This document shows positions 10,384 to 18,192 of a stretch of DNA of 64,000 nt, piece after piece. Source of the stretch: Candidatus Freyarchaeum deiterrae (GTDB taxonomy: Archaea; Asgardarchaeota; Jordiarchaeia; Jordiarchaeales; Jordiarchaeaceae). The position numbers were made by a program, and so were the translations under genes. Under the pieces are notes generated by a model, which worked only from the letters and a program-made list of their open reading frames with translations, was not told the DNA's origin and did not search any database. The stretch spans positions 800,001-864,000 of the forward strand of contig CP147778.1 in NCBI GenBank assembly GCA_037305845.1, written 5' to 3'. The first letter of the stretch is position 1. The number at the start of each line of letters is the position of its first letter.

Positions 10384-10536
10384 TGGCGGCGGACTGGGGG
10401 ATTTTCGCACTCTTACAGGTACTGGAGGAGTGCATCGAACCCCGAACCCTTACCGGGTTCCACGGATTTGAAGTCCGGGGCAAGGGATTGGGCGAGGCCT
10501 CGATTTTAGGCATCTCCACCCCTGCTACAGTCCGCC
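10384..10536 (-). tRNA. selC: tRNA-Sec (UCA) with two introns (10488-10515 in the D-loop; 10402-10433 in the T-loop); 93 nt mature
   Basis: 9-bp acceptor GGCGGACTG/CAGTCCGCC, G73 and encoded CCA; 7-bp D-stem; CTTCAAA anticodon loop; long variable arm GAACCC/GGGTTC; 4-bp T-stem GGGG/CCCC; BHB motifs at both introns. Confidence 0.95.
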
Positions 10537-10555
10537 AATCATGGTTTTTGTGTTG

Positions 10556-10570
10556 TTTATAAAAAGTCGG
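10556..10570 (-). promoter_or_regulatory. TATA/BRE of the tRNA-Sec gene
   Basis: CCGACTTTTTATAAA about 20-35 nt upstream of the mature 5' end. Confidence 0.5.
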
Positions 10571-10672
10571 GTTGGGTTATTTTGTTTTTCGCTGATATAA
10601 TTATTGTTTTCGTGACCGACATCTTATTATAGCGAGTTCTGGTTTTTTCTGTAAGTACCTTTTGGATAACTG

Positions 10673-11668
10673 GTGGAGTGTGTTTTTTTGAGTCTTAAAA
10701 GTTTGGCTGAGTCTATTAAGAACTTTGATGGTGTTGTCAGAAAAAAGCCCATTATTGAGGTTACTCGTCCTCTGAGTCAAACTCTTGATTTTGCCAAGAT
10801 TGGCGTGGTAAAGTCGTTTGGTGAGGATTCCGCGGTTCTTGATTTGGGTGGTGAGGATTACCTCTTGGCTGCTACTGATGGAATCTGGCATAAGCTTTTA
10901 CTGGCGGCGCCGGAGTTTGCGGGTTACTGTTCTGTTCTGGTTAATGTGAATGATGTGGTGGTTAAGGGTGGAGAACCCATAGCGCTATTGGATACACTAA
11001 GCATCGAGGATATGGATATTGGTCAGAAAATTGTGGACGGTATTCTCTTGGGCTGCAAAAATTTCAGAGTTCCCGTGGTGGGAGGGCATCTTCACCCCTC
11101 CTCGCCCACTTATTCGCTTTCCGTAACAGTTTTGGGCCGTGCACCAAAGGATGCAGTTATTTACAGCGACACTGCGAAGCCCGGTGATGCCGTGATTGCC
11201 GCTGTGGATTTAGATGGCAGGGTGCATGAGGGATTTAACTATGCGTGGGACAGCACCTCGTGGAAAAGTCCAGAGTACGTTGAACAAAAGTTAAATACTA
11301 TGAAAGAGATTGCCAAGAAGCACTTGGCTACTGCAGCGAAGGATATCAGCAATCCGGGAGTCATCGGAACATTAGGCATGCTTCTTGAGGCCAGTCAGGT
11401 GGGTGGCAGAGTAGATGTTTCAAGTATACCAAAACCTTTGGATATGGATTTAGAAAAATGGGTTAAAATGTATCCAGGATTCGGAGTTATTATGACTTCC
11501 AAACCGAGTACGGCGTCAAGATGCCTCAAAATATTTCGAGGTGCAGACGTTTCGGCGGAAATAATAGGCGAAGTTGACGACTCGAAAAAGCTTTTAATTA
11601 CCGATGAGAGTGAGGTTTGTGAGGTTTTTAATTTCAAGCAGGATAGATTATCTGGAAAAATTTGGTGA
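10673..11668 (+). CDS. PurM/AIR-synthase-fold protein, methanogenesis marker 2 / COG2144 (selenophosphate synthetase-related)
   Basis: GEDSAVL, ATDGIW, VNVNDVVVKGG, GGHLHP, AWDST and KDISNPG motifs. Confidence 0.8.
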   Translation: MECVFLSLKSLAESIKNFDGVVRKKPIIEVTRPLSQTLDFAKIGVVKSFGEDSAVLDLGGEDYLLAATDGIWHKLLLAAPEFAGYCSVLVNVNDVVVKGGEPIALLDTLSIEDMDIGQKIVDGILLGCKNFRVPVVGGHLHPSSPTYSLSVTVLGRAPKDAVIYSDTAKPGDAVIAAVDLDGRVHEGFNYAWDSTSWKSPEYVEQKLNTMKEIAKKHLATAAKDISNPGVIGTLGMLLEASQVGGRVDVSSIPKPLDMDLEKWVKMYPGFGVIMTSKPSTASRCLKIFRGADVSAEIIGEVDDSKKLLITDESEVCEVFNFKQDRLSGKIW

Positions 11669-11753
11669 ACAAAAAAAATAGAAAAGAATATCGTTAAATA
11701 CTTCACCGTTCAAATTGTTCAATTTAATGACTGATTATTCGGGGAAATACGCG

Positions 11754-12131
11754 ATGTCGAAGAAAAAAAAGGGTAAAGTAACACTGAAGAAGAAAGACAA
11801 AGTAACACCGAAGAAGAAAGCTGAAATAAAGCCGAAAAAGAAAGAGAAGGTAAAGCCGAAGAAGAAAGAGGAGTTAGCACCTAGGAAGAAAGAGGTGTTG
11901 GTGCAGCAGAAGAAGGCAGTTGAATTAAAATGTAGTGTAGTGTCATGCGGAGAAAAGGCGAAACGTTCCTTCTCATCAAAAAGTGTTGAGGGTGTGATAA
12001 AGAAAGCAGGTCTTAAAATAGAGGGGAATCCTACAAGGATTCAGCTCTGTGACAAGCATTACAGAGCAATTAAAAAGGAGCTAAAAAGAGAGAAAAAGAC
12101 AGAGAAAATGAGGCAGGGTCTTCCCTTCTAA
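11754..12131 (+). CDS. Basic protein with Lys-rich 8-aa repeats and a C-x4-C...C-x2-H zinc finger
   Basis: ATG 11754; PKKK repeats; CSVVSC...LCDKHY. Confidence 0.7.
   Translation: MSKKKKGKVTLKKKDKVTPKKKAEIKPKKKEKVKPKKKEELAPRKKEVLVQQKKAVELKCSVVSCGEKAKRSFSSKSVEGVIKKAGLKIEGNPTRIQLCDKHYRAIKKELKREKKTEKMRQGLPF
11760..11920 (+). repeat. Degenerate 24-bp coding tandem repeat (about 7 units)
   Basis: Units such as ccgaagaagaaagctgaaataaag / ccgaaaaagaaagagaaggtaaag. Confidence 0.7.
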
Positions 12132-12144
12132 GTTCTACCTATTT

Positions 12145-13707
12145 TTATTCCCATTCTATTGTTGAGGGTGGCTTGTTTGTGATATCGTAGACTACCCTAT
12201 TTATTCCCTTAACCTCGTTTACTATTCTGGAAGCAATTCTTTCTAGTATGTTCCAGTCGAGTTTTGCAAAGTTTGCGGTCATGGCATCCTCGCTTTCCAC
12301 TGCTCTTATGGCTACGACGTTTTCATAGGTTCTCTCGTCCCCCATTACCCCGACGGTTTTTACAGGTAGTAGAACAGCAAAAGATTGCCAGAGTTTGTTT
12401 CGGTAATCGGATTTTTGGATTTCTTCCTGTATAATGACGTCAGCCTTGCGGAGAATGCTGAGCTTCTCTTTGGTGACCTCGCCAATTATTCTGATGGCTA
12501 AGCTTGGACCCGGGAAAGGCTGTCTCCAAATCACTTCGTCGCTCAGTCCTAGCATTTTGCCTACCTTTCTTACCTCATCCTTGTAAAGTGACGCTAATGG
12601 TTCAACTAGTTTTAGAGTCATGCCCTCGGGAAGAACCACATTGTGGTGGGACTTGATCCTCGAAGCGGATTTGCTGGTTGCAGCTGACTCAACCCTATCT
12701 GGATAAATTGTTCCCTGGCCCAGATACTCGAATTTTCCATAGGTGTTCTCAAGCTCCCTCGCCTTCGCCTCAAAAGTCCTTATAAAAGCGTCGGAAATGA
12801 TTCTTCTTTTCTTTTCAGGATCCGTCACGTCCTCAAGTCTACTGAGAAAGGTTCCACTAGCATCAACGAAGTGAACGGTCTCCAATTGGAGGCGTTTAAA
12901 TCGTTGGATAACCTCCTTAGCTTCGTTTTCTCTCAGCAATCCGTTATCAACAAATACACATTGGAGATTTTTTCCAATCGCCCGGTGGAGCAGAACCGCT
13001 GCGACCGTGGAGTCGACTCCTCCGCTCACAGCCATTATTACCTTAGCCCCGCCCACGGTTTTCTTTATGTTCCGGATTGTTTCTTCTATCCAGTCCTCCA
13101 TCCTCCAAGTTGCTTCGCATCCACATATTCTCTTTACAAAGTTTTCCAGAATCTTGTTACCCTTTTCCGTGTGGCGTACCTCTATATGAAATTGAACGCC
13201 GTATATTTTATCCGGCACATTTCGGTAAGCTGCTATGGGGCAACCATCGGTGTGTCCTATTCTTTCAAACCCTGGTGGAAGATCTAACACCTGATCCCCG
13301 TGACTCATCCAGACTATCTCGGTATCTTCTAGACCCTGGAAGAGGTCTTCTTTATTATCAACGTTAAGTACTGTTTTTCCAAACTCTCTCATGTCCAATT
13401 TTTTAACGCTACCGCCAAGAACATATGCTATCAGCTGATGGCCGTAGCATATGCCCAGAATCGGGAATCCCTTTTCCCCACACCAGGTGAAAAATTCTTT
13501 GGAAACAAGAGGACTGTTCTCATCGTACACACTGCTAGGTCCACCGGAAAAAATGATGCCTTTTATGTCAGGAATTTTTTCCAATTCCTCTAGTGAGATG
13601 TCATAGTTGCGGATCTCTGAATATACTCCGAGTTCACGTACTCTCCTCGAAATGAGATGAGTATACTGTCCGCCAAAATCCAATACAATTATGATTTCTC
13701 TATTCAA
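12145..13707 (-). CDS. guaA: GMP synthase, fused GATase + ATPPase
   Basis: DFGGQY, GICYGHQ, SGGVDS, IKSHHNV, KPPSTIEWE. Confidence 0.96.
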   Translation of the reverse strand: MNREIIIVLDFGGQYTHLISRRVRELGVYSEIRNYDISLEELEKIPDIKGIIFSGGPSSVYDENSPLVSKEFFTWCGEKGFPILGICYGHQLIAYVLGGSVKKLDMREFGKTVLNVDNKEDLFQGLEDTEIVWMSHGDQVLDLPPGFERIGHTDGCPIAAYRNVPDKIYGVQFHIEVRHTEKGNKILENFVKRICGCEATWRMEDWIEETIRNIKKTVGGAKVIMAVSGGVDSTVAAVLLHRAIGKNLQCVFVDNGLLRENEAKEVIQRFKRLQLETVHFVDASGTFLSRLEDVTDPEKKRRIISDAFIRTFEAKARELENTYGKFEYLGQGTIYPDRVESAATSKSASRIKSHHNVVLPEGMTLKLVEPLASLYKDEVRKVGKMLGLSDEVIWRQPFPGPSLAIRIIGEVTKEKLSILRKADVIIQEEIQKSDYRNKLWQSFAVLLPVKTVGVMGDERTYENVVAIRAVESEDAMTANFAKLDWNILERIASRIVNEVKGINRVVYDITNKPPSTIEWE

Positions 13708-13867
13708 TGTGAAGCCCCGCTTCCAAAGTAAAGTAAGAACTCAGATTTTGTTACTCTCTAATACGCTGAGACATTTTTAATTCTAGCGGGTGAAAAAGAT
13801 ATTTTTATATTGCACCAGTAATCGATGAATATCAAAGAGTCAAAAGAAATAGGAGGAAAGAATTTCC

Positions 13868-14389
13868 TTGGATGTTTTTGAGGCTATTAACAGGAGGAGA
13901 AGCACTAGACGTTACAAGTCTGAGAATGTTTCTGAAGAGCAGGTCAAAAAACTTCTAGAAGCGGCGATTATGGCACCCTCAGGAGGAAACCTGCAATCCT
14001 GGGACTTCATAGTCGTTAGGGACGAGGAGCAAAAGAAAGCCTTAGCTAGGGCTGCGTTAGGGCAAATGTTCGTTGCCACTGCTCCTGTTATCATTGTGGT
14101 GTGTGTAAATAAACCTCGAACAGCTAAAATATACGGGGATAGAGGTGTAGCACTCTACAGTCTACAGGATACAGCTGCAGCTGCTGAGAATATACTACTG
14201 GCTGCGACAGATATGGGGCTAGCAGGATGCTGGGTTGGGGCTTTCAATGATGACGCAGTTTCTAGTGTTTTGGGGCTTCCTAATTATGTAAGACCCGTTG
14301 CTATACTACCTATCGGCGTCGCCGGCGAATCCCCTCGGCCGCCACCACGCGCGCCGCTGAGTAAGGTTACTCATTACGACAAATGGTAA
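13868..14389 (+). CDS. Nitroreductase family protein
   Basis: RRSTRRY, APSGGNLQSW, GCWVGAF. Confidence 0.9.
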   Translation: MDVFEAINRRRSTRRYKSENVSEEQVKKLLEAAIMAPSGGNLQSWDFIVVRDEEQKKALARAALGQMFVATAPVIIVVCVNKPRTAKIYGDRGVALYSLQDTAAAAENILLAATDMGLAGCWVGAFNDDAVSSVLGLPNYVRPVAILPIGVAGESPRPPPRAPLSKVTHYDKW

Positions 14390-14426
14390 GCCCGCCTCAC
14401 TACTTACTGAACGATAGAAAGGTATT

Positions 14427-14819
14427 CTACCTTAACATTCCATATTCTTTTAGAAAGTTTTTGTCTGAAACAGACAGATTGTTTCCAAGGAATTTTGTCC
14501 CCTCAACTGTGAGCTCGATTCTCACATATTTCTCCTCTGCTGAAAATATTTTAACAAAGCTTCTCTCCTTCAACTTTTTTAGAGAGGATAAAACCAGTTG
14601 TTCAAACTGAGCTTCGTTAAGAGTAGCTTCCCCATCAGGCTTTTGAAAGTCTGGAATCCGCCTTAAAGCCTTTTGGAGAGAGATTAAAGTGCGTTTTCCA
14701 GAATCTGATGGATTGGAGTAAAGCCAAAGAAGTATCAACCAATCTACAAAAGATAGATTGGGGTCAACGCTGACTAGTTTACGAGCGATAATACTAATGG
14801 ACGGCATCGATATACCCAC
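14427..14819 (-). CDS. Winged-helix (MarR-like) DNA-binding protein
   Basis: LSFVDWLILLWLY...SSLKKLKERSFV...IELTVEGTKFL pattern; divergent from the Roadblock/7TM genes. Confidence 0.55.
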   Translation of the reverse strand: MGISMPSISIIARKLVSVDPNLSFVDWLILLWLYSNPSDSGKRTLISLQKALRRIPDFQKPDGEATLNEAQFEQLVLSSLKKLKERSFVKIFSAEEKYVRIELTVEGTKFLGNNLSVSDKNFLKEYGMLR

Positions 14820-14946
14820 AAAAAATATAAAAAAACCCGCAATAAACCTTTTGGTTAATTAATAAATAGAGGTAATACGCAGGTAGCAAAAAAATTTAAA
14901 TCTAGATTTTTCATAGTCTTTTTTTGCATAATAGGGGTTAATACAC

Positions 14947-15387
14947 TTGAGTGAAACAACCAGTTTAGACAATTTAACCAAGCTAGTGGAACTAAACTTG
15001 GGCCGATGGAAGCCTGAGGCAGTAGTTATCATCGACGTAAATCATAAAATGTGGAGTGGGAATGAAAGCGTTTCAAGAGATCTTCTCGACTACTACTACA
15101 AGTTCCCTCTATCAGAAATGCACGCAGGAGACAGCATTAGCAACAGCAAATCATTCTTCATGAAGGTCACCGAGAAAACCGGAGTAATAGTTGTTATGGA
15201 AGACCCCCACTTAGCCCGACTCGCAGCAATAAACCTCAACGGACGACTCAACGCCCTATCAGACTTCTACACACTAGAAAAAGTCATAGATGATAAAAAT
15301 AGACCAAAATCAGTGAAAAGAGCAAAAAATCCAAATTCGAAGAAACACAAAAAGCCAAGTAACAAGAAGAAGAGTTACAGTGAATAA
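14947..15387 (+). CDS. Divergent Roadblock/LC7-fold protein with basic tail
   Basis: Predicted alpha-beta-beta-alpha-beta-beta-beta-alpha order; near-identical core (MHAGDSI, MKVTEKTGVIVVMEDP, RLAAINL.GRLNALSDFYTLEK) with 16758. Confidence 0.7.
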   Translation: MSETTSLDNLTKLVELNLGRWKPEAVVIIDVNHKMWSGNESVSRDLLDYYYKFPLSEMHAGDSISNSKSFFMKVTEKTGVIVVMEDPHLARLAAINLNGRLNALSDFYTLEKVIDDKNRPKSVKRAKNPNSKKHKKPSNKKKSYSE

Positions 15388-15600
15388 GGGTTATGGCACT
15401 TGTTTTTAGACCTTTACGCTTCAAATGGGGCTTAAATTTATCCTGACTATTTTTGGGCAGTGTTTTTATGGAAGTTTTCCATTAAGATTAATAATCTAAA
15501 AAGAATTTTCAAGCTAAAGTTTCTAATTTTCAACTATCAATAGAATTTATCGATAGAAAAAGATATATATAAAATATAAACATTGTCTCTAACTAACGAC

Positions 15601-15696
15601 ATGTGTGAGGATATCCTCAAGAGAGAAGAATCAAGAGAGTGGATAAAAAAATCCATACGTAATGAACTTCGAAAAAGAGAAAGGGGTGCGTGTTAG
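15601..15696 (+). pseudogene. 31-aa remnant of a Roadblock-paralog C-terminus, overlapping the 7TM start
   Basis: MCEDILKREESREWIKKSIRNELRKRERGAC* aligns with KDKKTKLGEARKKEEKVW* of 16758; same 7-nt overlap with the 7TM start; same promoter motif upstream. Confidence 0.6.
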
Positions 15697-16535
15697 AATT
15701 GTCAGTATCTTATGTGAACACCGGTTTATACGAACCGTTAATTTACCTAATAAATTCCATCCTTCTCGCAGCCTGTGCAGTTTACCTTGTTAGACACTAT
15801 CTTGAAAAGCGAAAAATCCTAACCTGGCTCTTCGTCTTATTGTTCGTCTGGCTCGCATCATTTTTCTTCGTTGACTTCCTGGTTGTTACAGACGTTATAC
15901 AATTGGACGTAATTATGTTAAGTCTATTCGCGTTTTTAATTGCCACAGGAATAATAGCCACAATTGGACTTGTAATGTTAGGATTTAAGTCAATTTACCT
16001 GCTTCCCACGTTAATTGTGTTGATTATATTCTTCTATAATCAGACTTCGGTATCAAACTATAATTATTTAGTGAATTCAATCCAGCTCCTTTCATACCTA
16101 TCTACGGGAAATTTCTTAGCGGAACCTTGGTTCATAATTCTGAAAGACGTGTTTCCAAATTTCTTTGTGCAACGGCTACTAGTTACGAACCTACTGAACC
16201 TACTTTTTGATCCAATAGCACTAATATTTCCGAACTCCACAGTTCTCATATTATCTATCTTTGAGGGGGCACTTGCAGTTCCGACAACTATTCTATTCTA
16301 CTATTTAGCTTGGAAAAACAGGAGCGGCAGGTCTCTAGGATTCGCACTCGGCCTCACAACTTACCTCATACTTGGCGTTATAACGATCCCCCCTGGAATA
16401 GTGATACGAGGCTTATCGGGAGTAACGTTAATGTTTGCAGCAGCATTGTTCCTTGCTTTGGGAATCCTCGGAGTTTTCGACAAACTGATTTCAAAAGAAA
16501 ACTCCCAAAAAGGAAAAGAGAAAAACAATAAGTAA
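15690..16535 (+). CDS. 7-TM membrane protein (receptor-like), copy 1
   Basis: Seven hydrophobic segments, basic loops after TM1/3/5/7, long TM4-TM5 loop. Confidence 0.8.
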   Translation: MLELSVSYVNTGLYEPLIYLINSILLAACAVYLVRHYLEKRKILTWLFVLLFVWLASFFFVDFLVVTDVIQLDVIMLSLFAFLIATGIIATIGLVMLGFKSIYLLPTLIVLIIFFYNQTSVSNYNYLVNSIQLLSYLSTGNFLAEPWFIILKDVFPNFFVQRLLVTNLLNLLFDPIALIFPNSTVLILSIFEGALAVPTTILFYYLAWKNRSGRSLGFALGLTTYLILGVITIPPGIVIRGLSGVTLMFAAALFLALGILGVFDKLISKENSQKGKEKNNK

Positions 16536-16757
16536 AAACGCTTATCTTTCTCTAGGTTTCAATTCCGAGCCAAGCATAATATTAGACAAACAACAACCCT
16601 TCTCTTTTTTCGAAAGCTGTTCACCAAGTTTCGTTACTCCACATTTATCAAAAGAAATCGAGACTCTAATTGTTTAATATGCATACGATTTATTATCAGA
16701 AAAATATATAAAATATAAATGTATCATAAATGTATGGCGTGATGCGGGGGCATCCAT

Positions 16758-17168
16758 TTGAGCGTAGATGTTAGTATAGACAAGCTGATTGAACGCGTTG
16801 AGCTGAACATAGGCAACTGGAAACCGATAGCGGTAGCTATAATTGACATAAACTATAAGATTTTGGGAGAAAAGGGAAGCATCCCAACAGAGTATGTCAA
16901 ATACTACGAAACTTTCCCCCTATCAGGTATGCACGCAGGAGACAGCATAAACAACAGCAACTCATTCATCATGAAGGTCACCGAGAAAACCGGAGTCATA
17001 GTCGTTATGGAAGATCCCTATATATCTCGACTCGCAGCGATAAACCTCAGAGGACGCCTCAACGCCCTATCCGACTTCTACACCCTTGAGAAATTCGTAA
17101 AGGAAAAGGAAAAGGATAAAAAAACCAAACTTGGTGAAGCACGAAAAAAAGAGGAGAAAGTGTGGTAG
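16758..17168 (+). CDS. Divergent Roadblock/LC7-fold protein
   Basis: Paralog of 14947 and 1-75; its stop overlaps the start of the 7TM gene. Confidence 0.72.
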   Translation: MSVDVSIDKLIERVELNIGNWKPIAVAIIDINYKILGEKGSIPTEYVKYYETFPLSGMHAGDSINNSNSFIMKVTEKTGVIVVMEDPYISRLAAINLRGRLNALSDFYTLEKFVKEKEKDKKTKLGEARKKEEKVW

Positions 17169-18028
17169 AATTGTCAATATCCACTGCTAATACCGGTTTA
17201 TACGAACCACTAACCTACATAACAATTTTCGCCGTCTTCGCAGTTTGCACAGCTTACCTTATTAGGCACTACTTTGAAAATCGGGAAAAACTCACCTGGC
17301 TCTTCATCGCATACTTCGCTGTAATCTCGGCATGTTTCTTCGTTAGCTCCTTAATTGTTATGGACGTTCTAAATTTTTCGTTAGGTCTGGCAATAGGATA
17401 CACGTTTTTAATTGGCTCAGCAATCACAGCTACAATAGGAATAGTAATGCTAGGCGCCAAGCAACTCTACACGCTTCCACTATTCGTTGTGATAGTCGCA
17501 TTCTTCCATAGTACTCTTCTGGAGTCAAATTATGTTCAATTGATAAACTCAATCCAGACCTTCTCATACTTGTCTACAATGCAGTTCATAGGGAGTCCTT
17601 TGTACATAGCTCTACAAATCATGTTTCCAAATTTCGCCCCGTTAGGCCAACAACTAGGTACGACATTGCTGAACCTGCAACTTAATCCACTATCAGTGTT
17701 AATTCCAAACACAGCTTCATTAATAATCGTCCCCTACAATAGTGCAATCGCAATTCCAACAATTATTCTCTTCTACTATCTAGCCTGGACGAACAGAAGC
17801 GGCAAGTCTCTAGGATTCGCATTCGGCCTCACTACTAATCTTATACTGGGCCTCATGGTGAGTGTGTTGATAATAGGAGTCCGATCCATAGACGTGATGG
17901 TTTTGTATCTAATAGGAGCAGTGTTCTATGCTTCAGGAATCTTCGGAGTGTTCGACAGGCTAATGAAAAAGAAAGAAACCCCAACACGGAATGCGACAGT
18001 ACGGAATGTTAAGAAAGAAAAAGGGTAA
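17162..18028 (+). CDS. 7-TM membrane protein (receptor-like), copy 2
   Basis: Paralog of 15690 (NTGLYEPL, RHY.E.R, ILFYYLAW.NRSG.SLGFA, GVFD). Confidence 0.8.
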   Translation: MVELSISTANTGLYEPLTYITIFAVFAVCTAYLIRHYFENREKLTWLFIAYFAVISACFFVSSLIVMDVLNFSLGLAIGYTFLIGSAITATIGIVMLGAKQLYTLPLFVVIVAFFHSTLLESNYVQLINSIQTFSYLSTMQFIGSPLYIALQIMFPNFAPLGQQLGTTLLNLQLNPLSVLIPNTASLIIVPYNSAIAIPTIILFYYLAWTNRSGKSLGFAFGLTTNLILGLMVSVLIIGVRSIDVMVLYLIGAVFYASGIFGVFDRLMKKKETPTRNATVRNVKKEKG

Positions 18029-18192
18029 AGCAGTATCTCTTTTCTTTTTTTATTGAATCAACTTTGGGCTTAAGTTAACTTTCAGATGGAATAAAACTCT
18101 CCGAAAGCCCAGCTCTATTAACTGTCCCTATTCCGCCGAGTAATGATGATGATTTTTTAACTTGCCCTAAGGGGGTGTTTAGGTGGGGCTCC

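Noticed and set aside
10331-10562. ORFs 10331-10519 (-) and 10335-10562 (+)
   Set aside because: They overlap the tRNA-Sec gene and are shadow ORFs.
10673-11668. Calling this gene selD
   Set aside because: It lacks the N-terminal Sec/Cys-x-x-Lys and DFF motifs; its motifs fit the marker-2 / COG2144 family.
12145-13707. Fused guaA as evidence of horizontal transfer
   Set aside because: Fused forms occur in several archaeal lineages; a phylogeny would be needed.
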